Assembly: GCA_963630775.1 (NCBI GenBank)
Contig: CAVGNU010000003.1
Location: 19,190-83,189, forward strand
Direction of reading: 5' to 3'
Source of the DNA: Bacteroides fragilis
Lineage (GTDB): Bacteria > Pseudomonadota > Alphaproteobacteria > Rs-D84
DNA: 64,000 bases
Part shown: positions 54,332 to 63,442 of the stretch, piece after piece
Layout of the letters: every line of letters starts with the position of its first letter
Position numbering within the stretch: the stretch's first letter is position 1
Position numbers and translations under genes: made by a program
The notes under the pieces: generated by a model
Databases searched by the model: none
What the model was told of the DNA's origin: nothing
The model's input: only the letters and a program-made list of their open reading frames with translations

Positions 54332-54775
54332 TTATTTTGCGTTTGCTGCATTACCCTGCTGCTTTTGCGCATACAGTTCCGCAAAATCAACCGGCTGCAT
54401 CGCAAATGTTGGGAATCCAGATTCAGATGTCAGACGTACAATCAAACTGCGAACCGCTGGGAACAACAGCGTTGGTACATCAATCAACAATGTACGCTTT
54501 TTCGCTTCGTCATCTTTTTCTTCTTCCATTTGAACCAAACCAGAATATGTCGATTCAATCAAGAATATGGATTTATCGCCCGCGTCCAGTTTCGAATGAA
54601 CCTTGGTAATCAAATCAACCATAAACAGATTGTTTTCTGCGCCCTTGATTTGAATATCGATATTGATTTCCAATTTTGCCTGACCATTGTCCTGCTTAAA
54701 GAACAATTCTGGAACATTTGGGCTCTCAAACGAGATATCTTTCAGAAACTGTGAAATAATTTTGAATTTTGACAT
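54332..54775 (-). CDS. secB: Protein-export chaperone SecB
   Basis: 147 aa. The start KIISQFLKDISFESPNVPE is typical of SecB, with an acidic C-terminal region. Confidence 0.88.
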   Translation of the reverse strand: MSKFKIISQFLKDISFESPNVPELFFKQDNGQAKLEINIDIQIKGAENNLFMVDLITKVHSKLDAGDKSIFLIESTYSGLVQMEEEKDDEAKKRTLLIDVPTLLFPAVRSLIVRLTSESGFPTFAMQPVDFAELYAQKQQGNAANAK

Positions 54776-54868
54776 TATGCTTTACTCCTGTTGTACGCTG
54801 GGGGTAAAACCCGTCTGGACTTAGCCCCACCTTTTATGATAATATAGCATTATAAATTTATTTTACAA

Positions 54869-55990
54869 GTGGGGGGATTTACAAAAATGCTTATGCAGAT
54901 TTTTTTCAAACCAGCGCGATTGATTGCTGTGGTTCTGGGGGTTGTCGCGTTGGCGGCATGCGATCTGTCTGCGCCAACGCACAGTGGCGATAATTCCGTC
55001 GTCCCCAGCAATTTGCGCCGCGCGTCTTATGATGACCTGCCCGGGTGGCGTGATGACGACGTGCGCTATGCATTACAGGCATTCCGCAATTCGTGTCAGG
55101 CGAAAATCCAATACACCGGTCGCGTTGTGCCTGACCGCGAACTGTTCGCAGAAAAATGCCGTATGTTGCCATCTGCATCGGCGGATGTTGCAACCGTGCG
55201 CGCATGGTTTGAATCAAATTTCCAACCGTACAAGGTATATAATGACAACGGCACAGACCGCGGGACATACACTGGATACTATTCCCCAATTATCCCCGGC
55301 TGTCGCACCAAAACCGCCACATGTAACGAACCACTGATGGGCGTGCCAACCGATGGTCGCACGTACAAAGGCGTGGAAAAGAAAGACATTGTTGAAAAAC
55401 AAATTGGGCGCGTTCTGTATTGGGCAAACATCGTTGATGTTCAAAATATTCAAATTCAGGGCAGTGGTATGTTACAACTGGACGATGGCAAAATGGTCAA
55501 ATTGAACTTTGCCGCGGTCAATGATATGCCATTCAAATCCATCGGCGAAGAATTACGTCGCCGCGGCATTCGCCCCGAGGGTGGCTATTCAGCCGACGCC
55601 GTATGGACATATCTGAAAAAGAACCCTGCATTGGCCAAAGATGTGATTTATAAAAATCCACGCTATGTGTATTTCTATGAATCCACACCACCAGATGTGA
55701 TTGGTAAATTGGGTACGCCCCTGTCCAAGATTCGCTCTATCGCCATGGACGACAGCATTTATACATTGGGTATGCCGGTATATATCAGCACAAACCTGTC
55801 TGACGGTCGCCGTTTCCGTCGCCTGATGATCGCCCAAGATACAGGCAGCGCAATTCGTGGCTGGATTCGTGCCGATATCTTCTTTGGCAAAGGCGATGAA
55901 GCATATAAATACGCGCACGGTCAACATGCCCAAGGGGAAATGTTTATCTTGATGCCAAAAGAATACACCTATGTCAAACCAACCAGATAA
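54869..55990 (+). CDS. mltA: Membrane-bound lytic murein transglycosylase A
   Basis: Lipoprotein signal (..VVALAAC). MltA motifs LQAFRNSC, TGYYSPII, IQGSG and the 3D-domain AQDTGSAIRGWIRADIFFG. The start could be the Met at 54887. Confidence 0.85.
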   Translation: MGGFTKMLMQIFFKPARLIAVVLGVVALAACDLSAPTHSGDNSVVPSNLRRASYDDLPGWRDDDVRYALQAFRNSCQAKIQYTGRVVPDRELFAEKCRMLPSASADVATVRAWFESNFQPYKVYNDNGTDRGTYTGYYSPIIPGCRTKTATCNEPLMGVPTDGRTYKGVEKKDIVEKQIGRVLYWANIVDVQNIQIQGSGMLQLDDGKMVKLNFAAVNDMPFKSIGEELRRRGIRPEGGYSADAVWTYLKKNPALAKDVIYKNPRYVYFYESTPPDVIGKLGTPLSKIRSIAMDDSIYTLGMPVYISTNLSDGRRFRRLMIAQDTGSAIRGWIRADIFFGKGDEAYKYAHGQHAQGEMFILMPKEYTYVKPTR

Positions 55991-56300
55991 GTTTTCACAC
56001 CGCGTTGCACGTCCCCAGACACTGGCGGGGGCGATGGGCGGTTTGATGCGCCGTTTTGGTCTTCGCGCATCGGACGCGGACTTGACAGCACGCTGGACGG
56101 AAATCATGGGTTCTGACATCGCCGCGATTGCACAAATTGCCGCAATCAAAAAAATGCGCGACGGGCGGTATCACATTGCAATTCGTCCAAAAAATTCGGC
56201 ATTCACATTACAGTTGTCATACATGACCGACGAAATTACAAAGAAGTTGAATAACTATTTCGGTCGCGCGACAATCGGAAAAATCAGTTTCAGGAAATAA
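55971..56300 (+). CDS. DUF721 (DciA-like) protein
   Basis: 109 aa. L...M..L..RFG....DA.L...W.EI.G..IA is the typical DUF721 N-terminus. It overlaps the mltA end by 20 nt. Confidence 0.7.
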   Translation: MSNQPDKFSHRVARPQTLAGAMGGLMRRFGLRASDADLTARWTEIMGSDIAAIAQIAAIKKMRDGRYHIAIRPKNSAFTLQLSYMTDEITKKLNNYFGRATIGKISFRK

Positions 56301-56306
56301 ACGCAC

Positions 56307-56786
56307 ATGACACGTATTTTGGGCATTGACCCTGGGTTATTACATACTGGTTGGGCGGTAATCGATACCGCCGGCAGCAATCGCATATATATTGCCAGTG
56401 GTGTGATATTGCCCCCCACCCGCGACACGTTGCCGGTGCGATTGGCAAATATATTTCGCGGTGTGTCTGAATTGATTGATACCTTTTCACCCGACGTGTG
56501 CAGTATCGAAATCACATTTGTAAATAAAAATCCACAAACGACATTGACATTGGGACACGCCCGTGCGGCGGCAATCGTCGCTGTGTCATCGCGCGATATT
56601 CCAATATACGAATACGAGCCGAACAAGGTTAAAAAGGCACTGACGTCTGCAGGCCACGCCGACAAAGATCAGGTGTACAAAATGGTGCGCATATTGCTGC
56701 CGACAGCACACCCCAAAACACCAGACGAAAGTGACGCATTGGCCATCGCATTGACGCACGCCAATATGACTAAATTCAAATTCTAA
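56307..56786 (+). CDS. ruvC: Crossover junction endodeoxyribonuclease RuvC
   Basis: ILGIDPGLLHTGWAVID (catalytic D7 context), EYEPNKVKKALTSAGHADKDQV and DESDALAIAL. Confidence 0.92.
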   Translation: MTRILGIDPGLLHTGWAVIDTAGSNRIYIASGVILPPTRDTLPVRLANIFRGVSELIDTFSPDVCSIEITFVNKNPQTTLTLGHARAAAIVAVSSRDIPIYEYEPNKVKKALTSAGHADKDQVYKMVRILLPTAHPKTPDESDALAIALTHANMTKFKF

Positions 56787-56829
56787 AAAAACGCGCTATG
56801 TGCTATGATATCTAGCAAAGGGGGAAATT

Positions 56830-57111
56830 ATGAAAAAAGATTTTTATGAAATGATGAATGCAAAAATGGCGATGAAGCAAGGGACACTGTTTCGCGCATT
56901 TTTCATCAATTTAATTCTGGGTGTGATTGTTCTGGCACTGACATTATTTGTGCCACATTTTCTGTTGGCACTGGTGGTGCTGACTGGAATATCGCCAATG
57001 GTAATTTTCTTTTCCGCAATCAGTGGAATCGCCCTGTGGCAGATGCTGGGAATTTTATTCTTTCTGTGCCCTGCAATCGCCATCTGGTGGCAACGTAAAA
57101 AAATCCATTAA
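56830..57111 (+). CDS. Small hypothetical membrane protein (3 predicted TM helices)
   Basis: 93-aa ORF with GGGGAAA 4 nt before the ATG and strongly hydrophobic segments. No homology recognised. Confidence 0.5.
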   Translation: MKKDFYEMMNAKMAMKQGTLFRAFFINLILGVIVLALTLFVPHFLLALVVLTGISPMVIFFSAISGIALWQMLGILFFLCPAIAIWWQRKKIH

Positions 57112-57166
57112 AATAAGTGCGCCAAACAGCGCACCATCTATTATCTATTCTCTATTGTCTATGCTC

Positions 57167-57197
57167 TAAAAAAATGCCCCAATCGGGGCATTTTTTA
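57167..57197. terminator. Bidirectional terminator between the small membrane gene and yebC
   Basis: AAAAAAA-TGCCCC-AATC-GGGGCA-TTTTTT. Confidence 0.85.
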
Positions 57198-57914
57198 TTA
57201 CGCTGCTGCGGTAAATACTTTTTGAACGTCGTCGTTATCGTCCAGCGCATCTACCAACTTTTCCAGCTTGGCATACGCCTCGTCGTCCAAATCAACAGGC
57301 ATATTTGGAATCCATGTCAATTCCGCACTGTCTGGTTCACCCAGTACATCATTCAACGCCTTTTGCACGTTGATAAAATCATCTGGCTTGGTCGTGATAA
57401 TGAACCCTTCGTCCGCGGTTTCGATATTGTCCGCACCGGCTTCCATGATGATTTCCATCATTTCATCTTCGTTTTTGCCGATTGACGCTGGGTACATAAT
57501 CTGGCCAGCACGTGTGAACATAAATACAACGCTGCCCTCTTCGCCCATATTGCCGCCATTCTTCGCAAATATGTTGCGGATTTCTGGCACAGTACGACGT
57601 GGGTTATCGGTCAATGCCTCTACAATTACAGGAACTGCGTTCGGGCCGTACCCTTCGTAACGGACGGCAACATAACTTTCGGTGTTGCTGCCCGACGCTT
57701 TTTCAATCGCGCGTTTGATGTTATCGTTCGGCATAGAATTTTTACGTGCATTCAGAACCGCCAAGCGCAGACGTGGATTATTGTCCGGATTTTTATCGCC
57801 CAGTTTTGCGGCCATCGTGATTTCACGCGCCAGTTTTGTGAACAAACCGCTGCGTGCGGCGTCCACAGCACCCTTCTTGTGCTGAATATTGTGCCATTTG
57901 CTGTGTCCACTCAT
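57198..57914 (-). CDS. yebC: YebC/PmpR family DNA-binding transcriptional regulator
   Basis: MSGHSKWHNIQHKKG N-terminus. 238 aa. Confidence 0.93.
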   Translation of the reverse strand: MSGHSKWHNIQHKKGAVDAARSGLFTKLAREITMAAKLGDKNPDNNPRLRLAVLNARKNSMPNDNIKRAIEKASGSNTESYVAVRYEGYGPNAVPVIVEALTDNPRRTVPEIRNIFAKNGGNMGEEGSVVFMFTRAGQIMYPASIGKNEDEMMEIIMEAGADNIETADEGFIITTKPDDFINVQKALNDVLGEPDSAELTWIPNMPVDLDDEAYAKLEKLVDALDDNDDVQKVFTAAA

Positions 57915-57964
57915 ATTTGACCTTTTTATTTAATTAGGTTAAAATTACGCCAAAAGGATAACAA

Positions 57965-58546
57965 ATGATTGGCAAATTGCAAGGGGTTGTTGATTATATT
58001 GGCGACGGATACGTAATTTTAATGGTATCCGGCGTCGGATACAAGGTTTTTACCCCCGACGTGCTGTCCCCACGCGAAACGGTCGCATTGTGGATTGAAA
58101 CCGTCGTACGCGAGGATTCAATCCGCCTGTTCGGGTTCAAAACGCTGGCGGGACAAAACCTGTTTGTGCAACTGACGAGTGTGTCGGGCGTCGGGCCACG
58201 TGGGGCATTGTCTATATTGAACACACTGCCAACCGATACGCTGATGTCCGCGATTGCAACGGGCGATGCCAAAACCATCACCGCCGCCCCAGGCGTCGGG
58301 AAAAAGGTTGCCGAGAAAATCATTCTGGAATTAAAGAACAAAATCGCCGGCAACGCGTTTAACTGTGATGCGGCGACGGAAACCAGCGGATCTGCCCTGC
58401 CCGATTTGCTGGCGGCATTGGAATCATTGGGCTATCGCCGTCTGGACATTGTTGATATGGCGCAAAAATTGGTTGCTGCAAATCCGGAGGCGGACGTCGC
58501 CCGCCTTGTCCCATTAGCACTGAAAGAAATATCTGGAAATAAATAA
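57965..58546 (+). CDS. ruvA: Holliday junction branch migration complex subunit RuvA
   Basis: MIGKLQGVV start, an OB domain, and two HhH motifs (LTSVSGVGPRGAL, ITAAPGVGKKVAEKI). Confidence 0.9.
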   Translation: MIGKLQGVVDYIGDGYVILMVSGVGYKVFTPDVLSPRETVALWIETVVREDSIRLFGFKTLAGQNLFVQLTSVSGVGPRGALSILNTLPTDTLMSAIATGDAKTITAAPGVGKKVAEKIILELKNKIAGNAFNCDAATETSGSALPDLLAALESLGYRRLDIVDMAQKLVAANPEADVARLVPLALKEISGNK

Positions 58547-59853
58547 TGAATAATAATGACACGATTTTTGCCCTGTCGTCGGGCCACGGGAAAAGTGGCG
58601 TTGCCGTTATTCGCATTTCTGGTGACAACCTGCGCGATTTGTTTGCGCGATTGCTGGGGCGCAATAATTTTGAACCGCGCCGCACATATTTTGCAAACCT
58701 GACCGATAATGCGGGTGATTTGATTGACCAAACCATATTGGTATTCTTTGCCGCACCACATTCGTTCACCGGCACGGACGTAATCGAAATCTATTCGCAT
58801 GGCGCACCAGCGGTGATAAATAAAATCTTTGATTTTTTATCAGAAACCGGTGCGCGTATGGCAACCCGTGGGGAATTTTCGCGCCGCGCATTTCTGAACG
58901 GTAAAATGGATTTGGCCGACGTCGATGGTTTGGCCGCATTGCTGGACGCCCAGACCGAACGTCAGCGTCGCGCCGCATTACAATCAATGACCGGCCGCGA
59001 CAGTCGTATTTACGATACATGGCGCGCGCAGATGGTTGAAATCGCCGCATACGCCGCCGCAATCTTGGACTATGCCGATGATGAATTACCAACAAATATC
59101 GGCGAAAAAATTCGTGACAAAGTGCAAAAATTATACGGCGAAATAGACAATGCAATTTCGCGCTATGCCGCGTCCCGCGCCATCCGCAGCGGTTTTAACA
59201 TCGCACTGGCAGGCAACACAAATGCTGGTAAATCATCATTGTTTAATCGTCTGGTTGGTGAAAATCGTGCGATTGTATCTGATATCCCTGGTACCACACG
59301 CGATGTTGTGTCGTGCACATTGGACATTGATGGGTACATGGTAAACATTTCTGATACGGCCGGCCTGCGCGATACAGACGATGCGATTGAACAAATCGGG
59401 ATTCAGCGTACAAATGATGAAATTAAAAACGCCGATTTGATTTTGCATGTGATTGACGGCGGTCAAAGTTCAGAGTTCAAAGTTCAAAGTTCAAATAATG
59501 AAATTATCGTTATAAATAAATCCGACCTGTGTGATTGTAAAAATAAAAGCGATGCAATTTATGTATCTGCAAAAACAGGCGACGGTATTGATAACCTGAT
59601 GATTGCAATTCGCCGCCGTATCACCGAATTGGTGGGCACGTCCGAATCCCAACTGACCGTCAACGCGCGCACACGCGCATTACTGACAGACGCACAAAAC
59701 GAATTACACGATGCAATCGCCGCCGGTGATAATTATGATATTTTTTCAGAACATGTTCGTCGCGCCGCCGACGCAATCGGCAAAATCCTGGGAACCATCA
59801 CCGCCGCTGATGTAATGGACGCCACATTTTCACAACTGTGTTTGGGGAAATAA
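58546..59853 (+). CDS. mnmE: tRNA uridine-5-carboxymethylaminomethyl modification GTPase MnmE
   Basis: DTIFALSSGHGKSGVAVIRISG, G1 GNTNAGKSSLFN, DTAGLR and a C-terminal CLGK. The start overlaps the ruvA stop (TAATG). Confidence 0.93.
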   Translation: MNNNDTIFALSSGHGKSGVAVIRISGDNLRDLFARLLGRNNFEPRRTYFANLTDNAGDLIDQTILVFFAAPHSFTGTDVIEIYSHGAPAVINKIFDFLSETGARMATRGEFSRRAFLNGKMDLADVDGLAALLDAQTERQRRAALQSMTGRDSRIYDTWRAQMVEIAAYAAAILDYADDELPTNIGEKIRDKVQKLYGEIDNAISRYAASRAIRSGFNIALAGNTNAGKSSLFNRLVGENRAIVSDIPGTTRDVVSCTLDIDGYMVNISDTAGLRDTDDAIEQIGIQRTNDEIKNADLILHVIDGGQSSEFKVQSSNNEIIVINKSDLCDCKNKSDAIYVSAKTGDGIDNLMIAIRRRITELVGTSESQLTVNARTRALLTDAQNELHDAIAAGDNYDIFSEHVRRAADAIGKILGTITAADVMDATFSQLCLGK

Positions 59854-59880
59854 AAACACCGGCAAACGCCGGTGGTTTTA
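59852..59880. terminator. Terminator after mnmE, between convergent genes
   Basis: AAAAA-CACCGGC-AAAC-GCCGGTG-GTTTTA. Confidence 0.7.
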
Positions 59881-59888
59881 ATATTATC

Positions 59889-60551
59889 TTAAAATGTATG
59901 TCTCAATCCAAAATCAATGCTATATGCACCCTGCAGGTCAAAATCATCATCTGCATTCAAACCGATAAAGTTCAAACTCACATTCCAACCAAGTCCTTCA
60001 ACGGCGGTTTCGCCATTCAGGCCAAACTTTAATACCCCCGCGGCACCATTATCAGACATTGTTTCTTTGCCATATCCGTAAACCTTTACAGATTCATTTA
60101 CCCATGCATGACCCAAGCCGAATGAAAAAACAAAATCTAAACGCCGCCCTTCATTACCAGACAAACGAATATAATTATCGTATGTAAAATACAATGTTGT
60201 TAAATCTATTTTGCCATCCATGTTGACTCTATAAAAATTCCCATAGGAATCTTCCAAAATAAAATTTGGACCAGCGGTTAAATGACCTACCTGGGGCATA
60301 TACGATAATGTTGCACTGACACCACCATTATAAACACTGCTGTGTTCACCAAAACGCAGTCCGAATACCCCAGACCACGTTATGGTGACACCATCAGATT
60401 TTAATATATCGTCATCAATGGAATCTTCCACATCATCTGAAAATACTGGCCCAGCAAAACCAACTTTCATCCCCAGAAACAATTTTGTTTCTGCCATTGC
60501 TGGCATGGCCAAAATAGACAGCAACCCCGTTGTTAAAAATAATTTTCTCAT
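59889..60551 (-). CDS. Small outer-membrane beta-barrel protein
   Basis: I prefer the Met at 60551 (MRKLFLTTGLLSILAMPAMA signal peptide). Beta-strand periodicity and a C-terminal ..GLRHTF. Confidence 0.7.
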   Translation of the reverse strand: MRKLFLTTGLLSILAMPAMAETKLFLGMKVGFAGPVFSDDVEDSIDDDILKSDGVTITWSGVFGLRFGEHSSVYNGGVSATLSYMPQVGHLTAGPNFILEDSYGNFYRVNMDGKIDLTTLYFTYDNYIRLSGNEGRRLDFVFSFGLGHAWVNESVKVYGYGKETMSDNGAAGVLKFGLNGETAVEGLGWNVSLNFIGLNADDDFDLQGAYSIDFGLRHTF

Positions 60552-60690
60552 TTCACACCTCTGTTTATGTTCTGTTAAACAAAAACCACAATGGAATACC
60601 AAAGTGGTTGGAGGTTGAATACTATTATTTACGGAATAGTGTCGCTTATTCTAATATATCGCGACCCTCCAACCATCAAGGATTGGAGGT
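60552..60690 (-). promoter_or_regulatory. Conserved leader module L3 (same module as 40196-40330)
   Basis: Minus strand: CCTCCAATCC (60689-60680) ttgat GGTTGGAGG (60674-60666), 51 nt, CCTCCAACC (60614-60606) overlapping CCAC-loop-GTGG (60607-60586), then TTTTT, AGAGG and ATG. A TATAAT on the minus strand at 60765-60760 could be the promoter. Confidence 0.55.
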
Positions 60691-60805
60691 ATTTTTTGTC
60701 CCCACGGACACGTAAATAGAGGGTATTCACACCCTGCACCATTTCTGTGGTACACGTTGATTATATTCTATGGCACATTCAAATTCCAGATAAAATTTAC
60801 GCTGA

Positions 60806-60925
60806 TTTCAAAAACAAAAACCGCCCAGCGGGCGGTCTAAATATAAAGTAAACTGTTCATTGTGCCGACTGCGCGGGTTTAATGCGGCGTAAAAATAAAC
60901 CGCCCAGCGGGCGGTCTAAATTAAA
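60806..60925 (-). terminator. Two tandem copies of the same terminator hairpin (79-nt period) downstream of the acyl-CoA ligase gene
   Basis: CCGCCCAGCGGGCGG occurs at 60821-60835 and 60900-60914 inside a roughly 30-nt direct repeat (AAACCGCCCAGCGGGCGGTCTAAAT.TAAAG). On the minus strand each copy reads CCGCCC-GCT-GGGCGG followed by a T-rich run. Confidence 0.65.
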
Positions 60926-60928
60926 GAG

Positions 60929-61026
60929 AACGGTGCAGATACGCCGATGTCGGCAAGCGTAGTGTATATGTAATACATGAGCGCGCCGACATCAAGCAGA
61001 TGTGCTGTTATATTTAATTTATTCCT
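60929..61026. repeat. Imperfect palindromic repeat element, copy C (end overlaps the stop of the acyl-CoA ligase gene)
   Basis: Arms ACGGTGCAGATACGCCGATGTCGGCAAGC and CGCGCCGACATCAAGCAGATGTGCTGTT flank the apex GTAGTGTATATGTAATACATGAG. The right terminus TATATTTAATTTATTC is the reverse complement of the GAATAAATTA-type end seen at 40598 and 40704. Confidence 0.7.
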
Positions 61027-62599
61027 TTCTGATGGGGTATTTGCCATCTATCAAATTCTGCCGCACCACATGATGTTTCACTTTCTGTGTGCTGGTCATC
61101 GGCAGGTCATCTGTGGTCATGGCAAAGTGCGTCACCCATTTATATGACGCAACCTTTTTGTTCGCCTGGGCAATCGCGGCAGACAATTTTTCCAACGTCA
61201 TATCCGCGTCAACACTGAATACACCGTATGTCACGGTTTTATCCTTGACCCGATGTTCAAACACGGCAACGTTTTTAACCCCAGGGATTTTCATAAACAG
61301 GCCTTCCAGTTCATCTGGATAAACGTTTTTACCACTGTCCAAAACAATCACTTGTTTTTTACGGCCGGCAAAGTGCAATTCGCCATTTTTATCCATGGAT
61401 ACCATATCGCCTGTGTTAAAGAAACCGCGTTCATCAAACACCTGTTCATTAACCGTTGGGTTGTTCAGATACCCACCGAACACCTGGTGGCCGCGCAACC
61501 ACAGAACGCCAACACCGTCTTCGTTTTTATCGCGAATTTCGCATTCATTGTGTGATGTTGGCGCACCAAACGCAAACGGGAAACGTTTCTTGGTTGGTTT
61601 TGAAATACAGATTGGCCCAACGGTTTCTGTCAAACCATATCCCTGAATAAAAGTCAACCCTAAACGCTCATAGAACTTTTCCACCTCGGGCTTGGTCGCA
61701 GCACCACCAGCAACCAACAAACGCGCGCGACCACCAAATATTGCCAGAACTGGTTCTTGAACCTTGCGCACCAAAAATTCCAACCCCAATTTTTCCAATG
61801 TTTTTCCATATTTCAGGACAAACGATGCCATCCACCACATGTGCTTTTCTTTCAATGTGTCGATAATGCGGTTTCTGATAACCTCGAATAATCTGGGAAC
61901 TGCTGGAATAATTTGCGGCTGGTACTTTTTGAAATCCGTCATGATTTCTTTTGGGTTGACTGTTGATTGCAACAGCATACCCGACCCAAAATGCAGTGTA
62001 GCCAAGATTTCAACCGCAAAACCAAAGATATGATACATCGGCAAGAAACCATACATAATGTCGCCTGCTTTTATCCATTCCGCCATATCTTCCAACGAAT
62101 TTGCGCATTCAATCAGATTAAAGTGTGTCAGTGGCACAACCTTGGGCGTGCCGGTTGAACCCGATGTGAATGACAGCGTTGCAATTTCGGTCGATTCCAC
62201 TGGTGCCGCGGTCAAATCCGGATTTGGTTTGCCGTCTTTTTTCATAATGTCATAAAACTTGAATTTGTCTGTTTTATAGAAAAACGACTTTTCCGCGCAC
62301 ACCATTTTGCATTTTGTGATTTCTGCCATGTTGTCATATTCAAATGGTGTCAGGTTTGTATCCAACAACAACACGCGCCCACCTAAATACCAAATTGCAA
62401 ACATAGTAATTGGGAACTGTGGCACATTGTGCGACAGTACACCCACAACATCGCCACGGACAACCCCCGCCGCATGCAGTGATGCCGCGCGCGCTTTGAC
62501 CAAATCCAAGAACGCCGAAAACGTTACCTCTTCGCGAACCAGAATCAAATTGTCTGGCCATGTTACGACTGCCTTTTCCAGCAGTTGATACATATTCAT
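61019..62599 (-). CDS. AMP-dependent acyl-CoA synthetase/ligase (long-chain fatty acid-CoA ligase-like)
   Basis: I prefer the Met at 62599 (MNMYQLLEKAV). AMP-binding motif SFTSGSTGTPKVV, plus GYGLTE and GDMVSMDKNGELHFAGRKK. Confidence 0.85.
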   Translation of the reverse strand: MNMYQLLEKAVVTWPDNLILVREEVTFSAFLDLVKARAASLHAAGVVRGDVVGVLSHNVPQFPITMFAIWYLGGRVLLLDTNLTPFEYDNMAEITKCKMVCAEKSFFYKTDKFKFYDIMKKDGKPNPDLTAAPVESTEIATLSFTSGSTGTPKVVPLTHFNLIECANSLEDMAEWIKAGDIMYGFLPMYHIFGFAVEILATLHFGSGMLLQSTVNPKEIMTDFKKYQPQIIPAVPRLFEVIRNRIIDTLKEKHMWWMASFVLKYGKTLEKLGLEFLVRKVQEPVLAIFGGRARLLVAGGAATKPEVEKFYERLGLTFIQGYGLTETVGPICISKPTKKRFPFAFGAPTSHNECEIRDKNEDGVGVLWLRGHQVFGGYLNNPTVNEQVFDERGFFNTGDMVSMDKNGELHFAGRKKQVIVLDSGKNVYPDELEGLFMKIPGVKNVAVFEHRVKDKTVTYGVFSVDADMTLEKLSAAIAQANKKVASYKWVTHFAMTTDDLPMTSTQKVKHHVVRQNLIDGKYPIRKE

Positions 62600-62669
62600 C
62601 TTATAAAATTCCTTGTGTTTTTTATATTGGACTGCCAGTATTATATAACCAAAGGAAAAGATTGCAAAT

Positions 62670-63440
62670 ATGAAAATTCTGACATTAAATATAAATTCAA
62701 TCCGTGCCCATGCCGAGAGTTTTATTGATATTCTGCGGTCTGGTGAATACGACACGATTATGGTTCAAGAATTAAAGGTTGAAACCGCAGGATTTCCGCA
62801 TAACCTGTTTGACGAATATGGTTATAATATCAAGGTTTTTGGCCAAAAGAGTTGGAACGGCGTTGCGACCTTTTCCAAGTATTCTATCGAAGATGTGACG
62901 ATGGGACTGCCTACATATTCCGACGTGAACGCGCGATTCTTGGAATGCGTTGTTGATGGACGTGTGCGCCTGATAAACGTGTATATGCCAAATGGCGACA
63001 CAATCGATTCACCGAAATTCCCGTACAAGATGGAATGGCTGGTGGCATTTACAAAATACATTGAACAATATTTGCATTCCCCAGAACCCGTTATCGTCGG
63101 TGGCGATTTTAACATCGCATTGACTGATCGCGACGTATGGAAACCGGCAAACTATACCAACATCGCCATTGCCGCGCCGGCCGCGCGCGCCATAATGCAA
63201 TCGTGGATTGATGCCGGCTGGGCGGACGTATGGCGCACTATGCACCCAGACGAAATTGCATACACTTGGTTTGGATATCGCGGTGGTGATACGATTGGCA
63301 AAAACATGGGATTGCGTTTGGATTATTTCTTGGCAAATCCCACAGCAATGCAGATGATTAAAAATTGTGAGATTGATACCGCGCCACGTATGGCGACAAA
63401 GCCAACCGATCATTGCGGATTGATGTTGACCATTAAATAA
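62670..63440 (+). CDS. xthA: Exodeoxyribonuclease III
   Basis: MKILTLNINSIRAH, VQELK and a C-terminal DHCGL. 256 aa. Confidence 0.92.
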   Translation: MKILTLNINSIRAHAESFIDILRSGEYDTIMVQELKVETAGFPHNLFDEYGYNIKVFGQKSWNGVATFSKYSIEDVTMGLPTYSDVNARFLECVVDGRVRLINVYMPNGDTIDSPKFPYKMEWLVAFTKYIEQYLHSPEPVIVGGDFNIALTDRDVWKPANYTNIAIAAPAARAIMQSWIDAGWADVWRTMHPDEIAYTWFGYRGGDTIGKNMGLRLDYFLANPTAMQMIKNCEIDTAPRMATKPTDHCGLMLTIK

Positions 63441-63442
63441 TA

